NCBI GenBank assembly: GCA_045592905.1
Contig: JAZNVR010000015.1
Span: forward strand, 799 to 64,798
Length of the DNA: 64,000 nt
Reading direction: 5' to 3'
Source: Candidatus Enterousia sp.
Lineage (GTDB): Bacteria; Pseudomonadota; Alphaproteobacteria; Rs-D84
A model generated the notes under the pieces. It was not told the DNA's origin, did not search any database, and saw nothing but the letters and a program-made list of their open reading frames with translations. Made by a program: the position numbers and the translations under genes. The first letter of the stretch is position 1. Each line of letters opens with the position of its first letter. Of this stretch, positions 15,844-25,611 are shown piece by piece.

Positions 15844-17856
15844 TTAATATTGTTGACCATCAATTGCCATACCAAATCTGAATTGAAATGTCGTTGTTCC
15901 AACATAGTCTTGTTTTACCGCATTATCACGACGATATTGTACAGACAAATAATAACAAGGATGATTATAAAAAACACCACCTGTATGACTGCGAAAATCT
16001 TCATATTCCAGGTTGTAAATCGCATTCCATTGTACAGACCATCTGTTTGATAATTTCAAGCCGACACCGACAATTGTTTCATTAATTGAATCAACATCCA
16101 AAATATCATCTGTAAGATTCTGTGACCAAATATGACCAACGTTCAAATAATTTCCGCTGCGACCAATACGTGCAGATGTTTCCATATGACGTAACGAAAA
16201 ATCTTGATTATCCATTCTAAAACGTGTTGCCAAATTCAACCATTTAGAATTAGTATAACTGATACGGCCAACGTAATCAGATGCACCATTACTAAAACCA
16301 CTGTTCAAATCAAACGATGTTTTATTTGTAAAATCATACGACTGTCCCAAGAATAATTCAACATTATGACCGCTTGTATCAAATGCATACCAACGAACAC
16401 CATAATCAGAATATGTACCATTTTCCCATAAATCAAAACCTGAAAAACGATTGTCCGAAAATAACGTAGAATCGGTTAAAATACTGCCTGATGAATCATT
16501 ATTCAAACTAAATTCATCATTATCAATATGACGCATAAATGTTATGCGGGCACGTGGCTCAATAACCTGGGTCCATTCAGAATCAGACTTGAACAACGGC
16601 AATCCCCATTCTAAATACGCACTGGGCAAAAAACGTCCCCTAATTCCAGAAAACAGAGCGTTATCTGCCATCACAGTATTATTAAAATTATATAAATCAT
16701 ATCTGGCAGATGCACTGGCAGTTATTCTGTTACCACCCCATAATGTCCATGGCGATATCATTCTGACATCACCGATTATACGTTGTGATGAACCATTATC
16801 ACCAGAAATACCAAGTATATCCGTCTCAAAAGTCGCATATGTTTCACCAAACAATGGTGCTGTTTGGTGCATCGCACGAATATTTGGCAAAATATTTCCA
16901 TCCGGAACAGAATAAACACCAGAATATTCACGCAATTCTTGGAATATATGTGCATCCGCAACAACATAACTGCTTTGTCCAAACAGTTCAAGTTTTGCAC
17001 CAGAATCTAAATAAGGTTGAGCATCATAAAAGCCATATTTTTGCAAATATGTCTTGTCTGATGTACGTTCCAAAAATATCGTTGCACGTGCATTATCGCC
17101 CAATTCAATTATATCATCATTAAAAATATGCCAACGGTTTTCACCAGCCTTGTTACGTGTAAACGAACCACGTGTTCTAAATTCTGAATGCGATGCGTTT
17201 AAACGATGTTCAAGTTGAAACAGTGGATTTTCTTGGGTTAAATATGACAATGTAAATGTCATATCATGAAATTCAGACAACGATACATACAATGGGATAT
17301 TTATCTGTGTTCCCATTTTGTTTGTAGAACCCATATCAGGCATCAATAAACCTGTTTTATATTTAACACCAGGGTCTGGCATTGCAACATACGGGAACCA
17401 AAATATAGGGAAATCGTATGCATAAAAAACTGGACTATAAAAACGTAATGTACGTGATTCCATATCATGAATTATCTTGTATGACCATATATCCCACGCA
17501 TCACCATATGAATCACAATCAGAACAAGCCGTAAATATCGCACGATTTGCAATTGTTATATCGCCATCACGCTGAATATCTTTGGATTCAATATAAACAT
17601 GTTGCCCCAACCATAATTGAATTTCTTTGCCTGATAAATCTGTACCCTGTCCAGAAACGTACGAATCAACCAACGTCATACGCTGTCCAGATTTATTTGT
17701 TATTTCTGTATTGCCATGGGTTTTTATTTCTTCGGTCTTGACATTGTATTCAATTTTATCTGCAACAATTGTTCGTGGCTCTTCCAGGTCAACAGATACC
17801 GCATACGATGCAGAAAAATAAAACATGCATATAAAAAACAATAATAATCTTATCAT
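15844..17856 (-). CDS. lptD: LPS-assembly outer-membrane protein LptD
   Basis: 670 aa with a signal peptide, an OstA-like N-terminal domain and a large beta-barrel. It lies directly downstream of an LptF/G permease. Confidence 0.88.
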   Translation of the reverse strand: MIRLLLFFICMFYFSASYAVSVDLEEPRTIVADKIEYNVKTEEIKTHGNTEITNKSGQRMTLVDSYVSGQGTDLSGKEIQLWLGQHVYIESKDIQRDGDITIANRAIFTACSDCDSYGDAWDIWSYKIIHDMESRTLRFYSPVFYAYDFPIFWFPYVAMPDPGVKYKTGLLMPDMGSTNKMGTQINIPLYVSLSEFHDMTFTLSYLTQENPLFQLEHRLNASHSEFRTRGSFTRNKAGENRWHIFNDDIIELGDNARATIFLERTSDKTYLQKYGFYDAQPYLDSGAKLELFGQSSYVVADAHIFQELREYSGVYSVPDGNILPNIRAMHQTAPLFGETYATFETDILGISGDNGSSQRIIGDVRMISPWTLWGGNRITASASARYDLYNFNNTVMADNALFSGIRGRFLPSAYLEWGLPLFKSDSEWTQVIEPRARITFMRHIDNDEFSLNNDSSGSILTDSTLFSDNRFSGFDLWENGTYSDYGVRWYAFDTSGHNVELFLGQSYDFTNKTSFDLNSGFSNGASDYVGRISYTNSKWLNLATRFRMDNQDFSLRHMETSARIGRSGNYLNVGHIWSQNLTDDILDVDSINETIVGVGLKLSNRWSVQWNAIYNLEYEDFRSHTGGVFYNHPCYYLSVQYRRDNAVKQDYVGTTTFQFRFGMAIDGQQY

Positions 17857-18911
17857 TTCTTTATTAATACCACCAAAATACCCAATAAATACAGCACAAT
17901 ACCAGATGCCAATAAAACAAAACCAGTAGCACTGCTAATCATATTCGTTAAAGACATATATAATGCCATTGTTCCAGCCATACCAGCAACCGCAATTGCG
18001 GGTGCAAAACTGGTGCGACGACGCAACAAAGATGAACGTAATAAGATTGTTGCACACAACGCAGCCAAAACTAAATTCATTATCGGCGACAAAAACCGGT
18101 TACATAATTCTGTCAAAATCATTTTATGTTGTTTCTTTGTTTCTGCATCAAACACAATACGCAACAAATCGTTCGTTGGAATACGACGAACACGAAATGA
18201 ATTGCCGGCACTTTTTTCAACAACATTCAAATCCATATCAAACGTATCAAATGTACCTGTAACATTTTGATTACCAGACGATTGTAATGCACCATTATTC
18301 ATTATTAATGACAAGCCACGTTCTGTTACAACCAACTTACCCTTTTCAGCAAATACAGTACTGGTATTATTTTCCTGACGCATATCAGATAACATAACCT
18401 GACTAAGATCATGGTCTGCAACCTTGTCAACATAAACAACCAATCCATCTGATATTTTGGTAAAAGCACTTTCTTGTAATTTCATGTGTGCCATACCATA
18501 TTTCAGATTCCATTGCATATCATAGAACATAGATTGGCTGCGTGGAACAATCCATACGTTCAATAACAAATTTAATACCATCAATACACTTCCAACCTTT
18601 AATGCAGGCTTGGCAATTTGGAATGGCGACAATCCAGATGCAGCCATAACAGTAATTTCATTATCAGATATTAATTTATTATAAACAAAAACGACCGCTA
18701 TAAAACAAACAAACGGAATAACAATAGATGCAATAAACGGTATCATTAATGCCGTCAACCCAATAAAACTGCCCAATTCAACGCCATATTGCAATAAAAA
18801 TTTCATCATGGATATAATCTGCATCATCCATGCCAAACCAGTCAATATCAGCAACAACATAATAAAAATTGCCACTAATTGTCGTGAAAAATATCTATTC
18901 AGAATACTCAT
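17853..18911 (-). CDS. LPS export ABC permease, LptF/LptG (YjgP/YjgQ) family
   Basis: N-terminus MSILNRYFSRQLV. The topology is six TM segments with a periplasmic insert. It overlaps the lptD start by 4 nt. Confidence 0.8.
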   Translation of the reverse strand: MSILNRYFSRQLVAIFIMLLLILTGLAWMMQIISMMKFLLQYGVELGSFIGLTALMIPFIASIVIPFVCFIAVVFVYNKLISDNEITVMAASGLSPFQIAKPALKVGSVLMVLNLLLNVWIVPRSQSMFYDMQWNLKYGMAHMKLQESAFTKISDGLVVYVDKVADHDLSQVMLSDMRQENNTSTVFAEKGKLVVTERGLSLIMNNGALQSSGNQNVTGTFDTFDMDLNVVEKSAGNSFRVRRIPTNDLLRIVFDAETKKQHKMILTELCNRFLSPIMNLVLAALCATILLRSSLLRRRTSFAPAIAVAGMAGTMALYMSLTNMISSATGFVLLASGIVLYLLGILVVLIKK

Positions 18912-18978
18912 ATCATTCCGAGTATAAAATATTACTTTTCAGTTTTCAAGGCATAGATATATTTATAACCAACTAAAA

Positions 18979-20289
18979 TTATTTGGCTTTTCTAATAATT
19001 TCAATGATTGTTTTTGTGTTTTTCTTGGCACTGGCCCATAACGAAGACAGATCTTGTTGTATACCAGTCCCAAAATCAGCAGAAATCTTGCCACCAAAAT
19101 CATTTGCATATGTTGTCGCCTTGCTGGCAAACCACCACGTTAACGCAGACACCAATGCAACAATCCAGAAATTCTGATTATTAACAGACGGTATTAACGT
19201 TTCATTATCAACGACAAATACCGTAGACAACATTGCGGCACAAAATGCAATAATAACAGATAACGCAATAAAATGAAGGGCGGCATTTGTATATCTTGAT
19301 ATTTGAGTATTCAGTGTTTCTGCACTGAATAATTTTAGAAACCCATTAAAAATATCACCTGCGATTCCTTTGTATGTGGTTTTTGCAGTCGTTTCTGCAA
19401 CCGCTGTAAATGGCAACATTATTATTCCCAGGAACAAATCTGCAATGACACCAAACGCAATAAACGCAAATCTCCATGCCAAACAAAGAAATCCACCAAT
19501 AAATATTACCCCAGATAAAAATACAAATAAACTTTTACCAATTCCATAATTTAGCCAATTCCAACCCATTTTTATTGCCGTATAACAAAAACCTGAAATA
19601 CGTGTTGGAACACACATAATATTAGCAGCACTGGCAGAATCAATAATTGCATGATCTGACATATGAATCTTTGTATATTGATGTATCGCTTCGCATGTAT
19701 CAGGCAAACTAACCCCTGTAACAAATGCAGTTGCGTCCAATATCAAATCCGAAAACATTGTTGCTAAAAACATTATTGGCGACACAATCAACATAAATGT
19801 CTGGGCGGGACCAATCGCTAATACAGCGACCCACATTCCAACAGCCAATCCTTTTTTTAGAATTTCTGTTACCTTTTCTTTTGCCTTGTTTTGCCCAGAA
19901 ATTATTGTATAACCTTCAAAAAAAATCCAAAAACCGTATGCAATTACTATAAATATTATCGTAAAACGTACCAAAGACATATCTAAAATATGTGCAATAT
20001 GCGAAAACGCATTTATAAATGACATTCCTATTTTTGCTGAAATCGGAACATAATCTGCAACCAATTGTTGGGTTGTATTGCCACGAAATTGATCTAAATC
20101 ATATGTCAGTTTGTTCAGAAATAATTTACGGTTATTTTCTGTAGCCCACGAACCATAGTCACCAATATCCGCCATTCCAACTGCATCTGTTGCCATCAAG
20201 TTACTGGTTGCAGAAAATGCAGATGTGCATAAAAACACAGCCATAACAGCAATTATTATTTTTGATAAAAATTTACGTAACACATTCAT
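18979..20289 (-). CDS. TrbL/VirB6-like polytopic membrane protein, paralog 5 of 5
   Basis: It has a signal peptide, multiple TM segments and the conserved segment LGIIMLPFTAVAETTAKTTYKGIAGDIFNGF. This resembles Agrobacterium VirB6 IGPLILVGYIFDRTRDIAAKWIGQLI as I remember it. Confidence 0.55.
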   Translation of the reverse strand: MNVLRKFLSKIIIAVMAVFLCTSAFSATSNLMATDAVGMADIGDYGSWATENNRKLFLNKLTYDLDQFRGNTTQQLVADYVPISAKIGMSFINAFSHIAHILDMSLVRFTIIFIVIAYGFWIFFEGYTIISGQNKAKEKVTEILKKGLAVGMWVAVLAIGPAQTFMLIVSPIMFLATMFSDLILDATAFVTGVSLPDTCEAIHQYTKIHMSDHAIIDSASAANIMCVPTRISGFCYTAIKMGWNWLNYGIGKSLFVFLSGVIFIGGFLCLAWRFAFIAFGVIADLFLGIIMLPFTAVAETTAKTTYKGIAGDIFNGFLKLFSAETLNTQISRYTNAALHFIALSVIIAFCAAMLSTVFVVDNETLIPSVNNQNFWIVALVSALTWWFASKATTYANDFGGKISADFGTGIQQDLSSLWASAKKNTKTIIEIIRKAK

Positions 20290-21731
20290 TATTTTTTACC
20301 AATTGCACTTGTTATTTTTTCTGTTACATAGACAGGTAATCGCCATACCTGGGTACCCAAATCTTTAATCCAGGTACCATAATCAAACATTTCTGCCCCT
20401 TCCTTGCCCAACAAATTATCAATCTTTGGACTGATAGCATAATAATATAAAAAGAACAAGAATGCCATCATCAGCAAGAAATCCCAACCATTTGACATAA
20501 AGTCAAAAGCACCTGAATATATACGTTCCACTTCGGCACGTCGTGCAGTAAAACAATTCTTAAATTTTTCTTTATCCATTTCACCGTCAACCAGTGCAAC
20601 CTGTTCACATGTTGAAAATACATTTATCACAGACAATGTTTGAGCATCCGGATTTTCTGGTTTTGCACCCATTAATGGTGGTAAAATCGCACTAAAGCCA
20701 TCGTTTGGTGATGGGAAATACGAATCCGCAGCATAAGATACAGTTGTATAAATTATCAGAACTTTTAATGTAATTGCAACTATACGAACGGCACTGGACA
20801 CCAACATATCAACAGCCTTGGAAACCAAACCTTTGGCAACAGACCATGTATCTTCAAATGCATACGCTGCCAAAAACAACGGTAAAAAGATTATTATAAA
20901 TATCAACTTAAACACAACAGATAATATCTGAAAGAACAAATCAAAACCAATTATCAAAAACATTACCACTAATAACAAACCGGAAATCCACGTAAATGCA
21001 CCACCACCCATATCCAACCATGCATAGTTCATCAACGCAAATCCACCCGCTGCACCAGCCAACATGACACTGTTTATATTTCCAATTACACACATAAATG
21101 GTTGTAAAATTGGATTTAATAAATCCTGGGGCCTATCAGATGTTTGTGTAAACGCATTACACTGTGCAGAATCATTTATTCCTGTGGCAGCCATTGATAA
21201 TTCTGCCCCAACAAACATAACGGGTTTTATCGTTATTTCCGAAACTGTTTTTAATGACGCTGTTCCGCCCATCCCAATTGCACCAATTAGCGTACCAACA
21301 ATCAGCAATCGCAACGCCTGTTTCCAAACCTTGTCAAACCATGGTTTAAATTCTAGTTTTTTAGCAGACGCATCTGCTTTGGTTGTTTCATTTGCTGCCT
21401 TGTAGATATGCTGTATGGCACTGATAAACAAAAACAAACCAAAACCAACAACAATTAACACCCATAAGCCATCCAGCATCGCTGTCCAAAAACGCTGAGT
21501 CGCATCCCCAAGGATTCCAAATAACTGTCCAATATACTTACACATAAAACAACCATTAGCAGATGCAATATCACCATTTTCAACACCAGCAGCCACCAAG
21601 AAATTATTTACACTGGTATACGTCAGCGATGCACCGCTAAGCGATGATGATAAATACCAAATCCCCACCCCCAGCACAATCAGCCACATCAGGATTTTTA
21701 CGCCCAGCAAAATCAATTTCGCTTTCAGCAT
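20289..21731 (-). CDS. TrbL/VirB6-like polytopic membrane protein, paralog 4 of 5
   Basis: Multi-TM protein with N-terminal CFMC followed by an amphipathic helix. The conserved segment is IIFLPLFLAAYAFEDTWSVAKGLVSKAVDML. Its stop and start abut the neighbouring genes. Confidence 0.55.
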   Translation of the reverse strand: MLKAKLILLGVKILMWLIVLGVGIWYLSSSLSGASLTYTSVNNFLVAAGVENGDIASANGCFMCKYIGQLFGILGDATQRFWTAMLDGLWVLIVVGFGLFLFISAIQHIYKAANETTKADASAKKLEFKPWFDKVWKQALRLLIVGTLIGAIGMGGTASLKTVSEITIKPVMFVGAELSMAATGINDSAQCNAFTQTSDRPQDLLNPILQPFMCVIGNINSVMLAGAAGGFALMNYAWLDMGGGAFTWISGLLLVVMFLIIGFDLFFQILSVVFKLIFIIIFLPLFLAAYAFEDTWSVAKGLVSKAVDMLVSSAVRIVAITLKVLIIYTTVSYAADSYFPSPNDGFSAILPPLMGAKPENPDAQTLSVINVFSTCEQVALVDGEMDKEKFKNCFTARRAEVERIYSGAFDFMSNGWDFLLMMAFLFFLYYYAISPKIDNLLGKEGAEMFDYGTWIKDLGTQVWRLPVYVTEKITSAIGKK

Positions 21732-22915
21732 TATTTATCATCCTTTTTCTTGCCAAGAATTGTTTTTCCTGTATTTACAACAATATCAAAAGCATCTTTG
21801 CTTAATGTCATTATATCAGATGCAAATTGTTCGCTGTATTTATTATTCTCTTCAACAGAAAAGACAGATAATACCATTTTAGTAATTTGTGGTATTTGTT
21901 CAAATACAAAATTCAGAATATATGTTAATGCGACACAACTAATAAACGTCATCGCCTGTAAATTTTCTGTATTCAAATCATCTGCATAAATCTGACCGCT
22001 GATAATCACATCCATCAAATCAACAACCGATGCATCTGGCGAAGAAAAGAATTTCGCAATAATAATCATTATTATCGTATATGTTAAAACAACAGAACCC
22101 AATGTTACAATTGCATTTATTAAATTCTTTATTTGTGCAACCCCAACAGATTTTCCGATTTCACCAAACCATTTTGGCACTTCTTTGACATCCTTGAATA
22201 TCACCATAATCAACGACAATGGAAAAAAGAACGCAAAAAACGCCATTGCAATAATAATGTCTGCAAAATAAACACAAAATCTAAAAAACAATTTTAGAAA
22301 TTCCCACGATAAAATCAGACCAATAAAAAATAATAAAGCATGTTTTATTAACATACCAATACTGGTTAACGCATCCCAACTAAAAGCATTATCCATTAAT
22401 GCAATCCCAAGTTTTATATATCTTTGGAATTGCGTTACTGTTGTTTTCATTAACATAATAATTTTATCACGTAATTCTGTACGATATAAACCTTCTTGTG
22501 TTATGTTTATTGGTTGATATGTTACTTGTTCTGATACAAGTTCATCGGACGTATTTATCATTATTTGTGAATAAGACAATGTAATACTTGCAACCGGTTC
22601 AAATATAATAGTGCTTATAACACGTGGCACAGTAATACCCGCACTGACCAAAGTTAAAACAACAACTGAATTTACAAAAACCTTCTGAACAGAATTTTTC
22701 ATCCATGGGTCAGAAATACCACTTTTGAAGTTTTTCCAAATTGCATTAATGACAAAGATTGTGAACAAAAACGCAAACAGTATCAGACACAACTCTGTCA
22801 AATTACTATAAACAGATGCAGCCGACACAGACACAATCTGAAACAAACGGTCAAATACAGCACAGCCCCAACACTGAACTACTTTATCTGTTAAAGATAC
22901 CATTAATTCATTCAT
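21731..22915 (-). CDS. TrbL/VirB6-like polytopic membrane protein, paralog 3 of 5
   Basis: Multi-TM protein with N-terminal CWGC. The conserved segment is FFFPLSLIMVIFKDVKEVPKWFGEIGKSVG. Confidence 0.5.
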   Translation of the reverse strand: MNELMVSLTDKVVQCWGCAVFDRLFQIVSVSAASVYSNLTELCLILFAFLFTIFVINAIWKNFKSGISDPWMKNSVQKVFVNSVVVLTLVSAGITVPRVISTIIFEPVASITLSYSQIMINTSDELVSEQVTYQPINITQEGLYRTELRDKIIMLMKTTVTQFQRYIKLGIALMDNAFSWDALTSIGMLIKHALLFFIGLILSWEFLKLFFRFCVYFADIIIAMAFFAFFFPLSLIMVIFKDVKEVPKWFGEIGKSVGVAQIKNLINAIVTLGSVVLTYTIIMIIIAKFFSSPDASVVDLMDVIISGQIYADDLNTENLQAMTFISCVALTYILNFVFEQIPQITKMVLSVFSVEENNKYSEQFASDIMTLSKDAFDIVVNTGKTILGKKKDDK

Positions 22916-24189
22916 TTGCCTTTTACCACTTTGAATGCTTCGCTTATTTGTTTCTTTATATTTTTGGCATCACCCCATAACGTCTTCGTATTACCAACTA
23001 CATTGTTGTACAATGTATCCATACCCTTGCCGACGTACATATCTAATTGTTTGCGTGTTAAATCAAATATCTTGAACATTAAATAAAACGTCATTATCGC
23101 AGATAACCATAAAACAGAATGCTGGCCAAAACCAAAGCCCGCAGTCACACCCTGTTGCGGAACATTACTGATGGCACTGCCACCTGCTGCAACCACAAAA
23201 ACAGATGAATTCCATTGAAACAACGCTTTTATAATTGCAACGTTTATACACAAAATAAAAGCACACGCAATCATTGTTACCAATAATTGTTGCACTGCCT
23301 TGGTTATACCAGAAAAAGCGGGCCATATATCAAACCATTTATCGCTTTGCTTAAATACGTACGACAACACATAAAAAGGATACAAAACCAATTGAATACC
23401 AAAATTAAAAATACCTTGAATAACCAATAAGGCCATAAAAATATTACATCCAACAAACGTAACAATTAATATCAATCCTGTAATAATATTTAGCAAATCT
23501 TCACCACCATGCGGAATTGGTACCATTAATCCACGCAAACCACTTAACAGAAAATCAAAACCATTCTTTATAATCTTGTTATTGACGTGCGATAAGTCTG
23601 CAACAGGTTGTGTCAAAAATTTGCATGCATCTTCTGACAACCACGCCTTTTCAACAATATCATTCGGACATGACACAGCATCTGCTGTTGTATCAACGCC
23701 ATTTATCGATTCTAAAATATGATTTGTATACACCGCACCAAATTCCAAAAAGGGATTTACCACCCAATTCGTCATATACACAGGTTTTAATTGCAATAAT
23801 ATAACTGTTGCAAACACAGCACGAAATCCAGACTTGAAAATATTATTAAGCATTTTCGCTGGTGTCATACTGCCATCTGATAATTCACCACCACCAGAAA
23901 AACCTAAAAAAGCAACCCAACTTTTCGGCAAATACATTTTTGTTAAAGACAATGCAATAGATATCGCAAAAAAAGACCATATAAAAACATAAATAATACC
24001 CAAGCGATTACCATCACCAACAAAGAATTCATACATTCCTGTAGCAACCATCATTAACGCATCCAGCACCATTGGCACAAAAGGCGATAAATTTAGTGCA
24101 TCAACCAGATTATCTGCACGTGCCACAGACGGCATAAAAAATACCGTAATAACAATCAGTAATGATAAAAACTTTTTAATAAAAAACAT
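22912..24189 (-). CDS. TrbL/VirB6-like polytopic membrane protein, paralog 2 of 5 (first gene of the minus-strand run)
   Basis: Signal peptide MFFIKKFLSLLIVITVFFMPSVARA, multiple TM segments, and the conserved segment LVLYPFYVLSYVFKQSDKWFDIWPAFSG. SD GAGAGA and a TGTGATATAAT box lie upstream. Confidence 0.55.
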   Translation of the reverse strand: MFFIKKFLSLLIVITVFFMPSVARADNLVDALNLSPFVPMVLDALMMVATGMYEFFVGDGNRLGIIYVFIWSFFAISIALSLTKMYLPKSWVAFLGFSGGGELSDGSMTPAKMLNNIFKSGFRAVFATVILLQLKPVYMTNWVVNPFLEFGAVYTNHILESINGVDTTADAVSCPNDIVEKAWLSEDACKFLTQPVADLSHVNNKIIKNGFDFLLSGLRGLMVPIPHGGEDLLNIITGLILIVTFVGCNIFMALLVIQGIFNFGIQLVLYPFYVLSYVFKQSDKWFDIWPAFSGITKAVQQLLVTMIACAFILCINVAIIKALFQWNSSVFVVAAGGSAISNVPQQGVTAGFGFGQHSVLWLSAIMTFYLMFKIFDLTRKQLDMYVGKGMDTLYNNVVGNTKTLWGDAKNIKKQISEAFKVVKGK

Positions 24190-24214
24190 TCTCTCTGTAT
24201 ATATTATGTTTTCA

Positions 24215-24223
24215 ATTATATCA
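24215..24223 (-). promoter_or_regulatory. Extended -10 box TGATATAAT for the minus-strand VirB6-like operon
   Basis: The reverse complement of attatatca is exactly TGATATAAT. A 25-nt leader with SD GAGAGA follows before ATG 24189. Confidence 0.5.
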
Positions 24224-24239
24224 CATTTGAATCAAAATA

Positions 24240-24248
24240 TGATATACT
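24240..24248 (+). promoter_or_regulatory. Extended -10 box TGATATACT for the divergent VirB6-like gene
   Basis: TGaTATACT lies 8 nt upstream of ATG 24257 with no SD, suggesting a leaderless transcript. Confidence 0.4.
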
Positions 24249-24256
24249 TAAAAACA

Positions 24257-25546
24257 ATGAATCGGTTAAAAAAATTTTGGATTGTATTTTTATCGTTCTT
24301 GCCATTTGGTGCGGGGGCGGTTTCGCCATGGTTAATTGGAACCATTGCTGGTATTGGTACAATCGCAGGATTTTCAATTTATCGTTCAATGGCACCCGTC
24401 AATATGGCAGATGCATTAAAATTCTTTTCCAGTTGTTGGACCTGTCAAATGTTTGCTGATATTATGTCAACTATGTCTGGGCTGTTACCACGTGTATACA
24501 GTGCAATTGGTCATTCCATTCTTCCCGTAGCAGTAATGTTAACCGCAATATGGTTTACATGGATATTGGTGTCAAACTTCTTTGAAGCCAAGGTTGAAAA
24601 ACCTTGGGATATTGCAAATACATTTGGGGTACATTTATTGAAATTAGGTTTTATATGTTCATTATTGGTTGTTCCATTGCCACGCATGATTACAAATGTC
24701 GCAATTGAGCCTATTTTCAATATTGGATTAACGCTGAATCGTATGGCCGTACACGAAGATACATTTAATCAATGTGTTGTTGCAACTGCAATTGCGGACC
24801 CTGTATCTATTGATGTACGTGCCGCAAACGCTGGTGCATTTTCACCAAAACTGCGACACAACCTAACATGTGAATTGGCTGGGATTCATCAAATGACAGG
24901 GCTGGGTATGACTGTTGGGTGGACAATGTTGAATATGTCATTTAATTCAGATTATATGCACAAAATAATGTGGGATATACCTGTGTTCCCCAATGTAATA
25001 TTGTTTATAACAGGTGCGATTATTCTGGTGTTATTTTTTGCTGCACTGTTGCCAATACCACTATATTTCTTGGAAGTATTTATAAAACTGTCCATGGACT
25101 TGGTAATGTTACCATTAATGATGCTGGCGTGGCTATTCAAAGGGTGGAAAATATCGTTATCTGGGGCCGGGACAACGATTCGCAACATGATAAATAATGT
25201 TATATCCGCAACACTCGGGATTGCGATGACAGGGATATTTGTATCATTTTCAATTATGTTCTTGCATGCTGTATTTGGTGATTGGTCTGGCATGTCTGCA
25301 TTAAGCACTGCAATCACACAAAACGATTCGCATTTTCTGATGGACGCCTTTATGATTAAGAATGACAGCATAATTACAATTATACTGATGGGTATATTTA
25401 TGGCGATGTTTATGACAATGATACCAGCATTAATAAAAACACTGTTTAACGTACAAATATCAACAGAATACTATGATAAATTGAAAAATGATTTAGAAAT
25501 TTTATGGGAAGGTGCCAAGAAATGGTACGAAAAAATAAAAAAATAA
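24257..25546 (+). CDS. TrbL/VirB6-like polytopic membrane protein, paralog 1 of 5 (divergently oriented)
   Basis: The track ORF starts at 24206, but MNRLKKFWIVFLSFLPFGAGA at 24257 gives a proper signal peptide. It has a CWTC motif and the conserved segment LVMLPLMMLAWLFKGWKISLSGAGTTIRNMINN. Confidence 0.55.
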   Translation: MNRLKKFWIVFLSFLPFGAGAVSPWLIGTIAGIGTIAGFSIYRSMAPVNMADALKFFSSCWTCQMFADIMSTMSGLLPRVYSAIGHSILPVAVMLTAIWFTWILVSNFFEAKVEKPWDIANTFGVHLLKLGFICSLLVVPLPRMITNVAIEPIFNIGLTLNRMAVHEDTFNQCVVATAIADPVSIDVRAANAGAFSPKLRHNLTCELAGIHQMTGLGMTVGWTMLNMSFNSDYMHKIMWDIPVFPNVILFITGAIILVLFFAALLPIPLYFLEVFIKLSMDLVMLPLMMLAWLFKGWKISLSGAGTTIRNMINNVISATLGIAMTGIFVSFSIMFLHAVFGDWSGMSALSTAITQNDSHFLMDAFMIKNDSIITIILMGIFMAMFMTMIPALIKTLFNVQISTEYYDKLKNDLEILWEGAKKWYEKIKK

Positions 25547-25597
25547 AAAATCAAGTGCTTTATTTACCATAGCCCCCTTTTTTATAGATTCCGAATC

Positions 25598-25606
25598 TGA
25601 TATAAT
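25598..25606 (+). promoter_or_regulatory. Extended -10 box TGATATAAT
   Basis: Exact 9-mer, 5 nt before GTG 25612 and 8 nt before ATG 25615. Confidence 0.45.
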
Positions 25607-25611
25607 TCTCA

